Positions 62,460 to 64,000 of a stretch of 64,000 nucleotides of DNA are shown here, piece after piece. The translations under genes and the position numbers were made by a program. Source of the stretch: Squalus acanthias (lineage: Eukaryota); NCBI GenBank assembly GCA_030390025.1, contig CM059432.1, forward strand, positions 1,612,001 through 1,676,000, in the 5' to 3' direction. Below the pieces are notes generated by a model. The model saw nothing but the letters and a program-made list of their open reading frames with translations. It did no database searches and had not been told where the DNA came from. Each line of letters begins with the position of its first letter. Positions within the stretch are counted from its first letter, which is position 1.

Positions 62460-63160
62460 AAAGAGCTGAATTCCAGAGGTGAGGTGAGAGTGACTGCCCT
62501 TGACATCAAGGCAGCATTTGACCGAATGTGGCATCAAGGAGCCCTAGTAAAACCGAAGTCAATGGGAATCAGGGGGCAAACTCTCTGTGGCGAGTAACTC
62601 ACCTTCTGACTCCTTTCCACCATCTACAAGGCACAAGTCAGGGAGTGATGGAAGACTCTCCACTTACCTGGATGAGTGCAGCTCCAACAACACTCAAGAA
62701 GCTCGACGCCATCTAGAACAAAAGCAGCCCGCTTGATTGACACCCCCTCCACCACCTTAAACATTCACTCCCTCCACCACCGGCGTACCGTGGCTGCAGT
62801 GTGTACCATCTACAAGATGCACTGCAGCAACTCGCCAAGGCTTCTTCGGCAGCACCTCCCAAACCCGCGACCTCTTCCACCTAGAAGGACAAGGGCAGCA
62901 GGCGCATGGGAACACCACCACCTCCAAGTTCCCCTCCAAGTTACACACCATCCTGACTTGGAAATATATCGGCCGTTCCTTCATCGTCGCTGGGTCAAAA
63001 TCCTGGAACTCCCTCCCTAACAGCACTGTGGGAGTACCTTCACCACACGGACTGCAGCGGTTCAAGAAGGCGGCTCACCACCACCTTCTCAAGGGCGATT
63101 AGGGATGGGCAATAAATGCTGGCCTTGCCAGCGACACCCACATCCCGTGAGTGAATAAAG
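62460..63160 (+). mobile_element. CR1-Zenon-like LINE 3' fragment with an internal deletion
   Basis: ORF 62676-63020. Full tail …cccacatcccgtgagtgaataaa. Confidence 0.8.
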
Positions 63161-63419
63161 AAGTCCCACAACCCAGCTTTCTCCCCTTAACCCTGCAAAT
63201 TTGCCCTCATCAAGTACATGTCCATTTGCCTTTTAAAAGTTCCTATGGAATCTGCTTCCACCGCCCTTTCAGGTAGTGTGTTCCAGATCTTAACAACCCT
63301 CTGTGTGAAGTAATTTCTCCTCCTTTTCCCTCTAGTTCTTTTGCCAATTATTTTAAATCGATTTCCTCTGGTTACTGACCCCTCTATCATTGATCTTGGC
63401 AGTCCCGGGCTATGGAATG

Positions 63420-64000
63420 TGTAATATATGTGGGTAGAACAAATGAAGGACAGAGACACGATGAGTTGCTAGTCCATGTGCTTGCTTTACTAGGCCAGAA
63501 CGAACTGAGCATGCTCATACCAAACCATGTGACAAACCATGTGATAATACATTACACTGCTTTCCCCCTTAAAAGAAATGTACATATTCCCGTCTCAAAT
63601 ACAACAAAACTATGGTCCCACCTTTCCCAGCATTACATGTACCACAGAACAAAAACTCTCGGCTTTTTTTTCTGTTAATTGAACTACAAATCCAGTTTAA
63701 TAACAGGTTTGTGGAGCCTTCCTGATCTCCTTACAGACGGTTTTGGTGTTGAACCAATTTTCGGGCTGTTTTGTTTTGGTTCCGAACTCAAAGATGATCC
63801 TGTTTCTATCTCAGACTTGTTTGAACCTGTTACTGAAGTCTGAACTGAGTCAAACTCCTGTATGTGTTCATGATCAAGTGGTTCAAGATCACTGTCCAAT
63901 CCAGGCCAGTAAACAAAGCTTCTTGCAATTGATTTCATGCTGACGGAACCTTGGATGTTCAATATGAAGTTCGGCCAGAATTCTATCTCTCAATGAAGTA
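63420..64000 (-). mobile_element. Internally deleted Gypsy-type LTR element, 3' end (LTR 63420-63556)
   Basis: TGTAAT…ATTACA LTR with PPT aagggggaaag on the minus strand. ORF 63684-63962 has integrase Zn-region MKSIARSFVYWPGLD and terminal VRRSGR..KP..KLDL. Confidence 0.7.

Overview
Repeat-dense vertebrate DNA, most likely from a shark or other cartilaginous fish (inferred from HER1-like CR1 LINEs, Deu-domain SacSINE1-like SINEs and an HE1-like V-SINE). The only host gene I can support is the 3' end of IMPACT on the + strand: two short coding exons at 1271-1405 and 5058-5117, both missed by the ORF track. A degenerate partial copy of the penultimate exon lies at about 6430-6571. The rest is mostly nested mobile DNA: many CR1 fragments, one near-intact full-length CR1 (esterase ORF1, APE-RT ORF2, 76-bp 5' monomers), a young full-length Gypsy LTR element (263-bp LTRs, tRNA-Trp PBS, one nonsense codon), Penelope-like, RTE, L2 and CR1-Zenon-like fragments, three SINE types, several PIF/Harbinger-like MITEs, a solo LTR and several minisatellites. 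The most unusual items are a 136-bp TSD-flanked Penelope-type insert carrying a minimal hammerhead-ribozyme motif, a T-shaped palindrome inside an internally amplified SINE, the IMPACT exon duplicate, and a minisatellite hit by two different LINEs. I see no clear evidence of a wholly new multi-gene system. Family names come from motif recognition, not database searches, and repeat boundaries are approximate unless a TSD or TIR is quoted.
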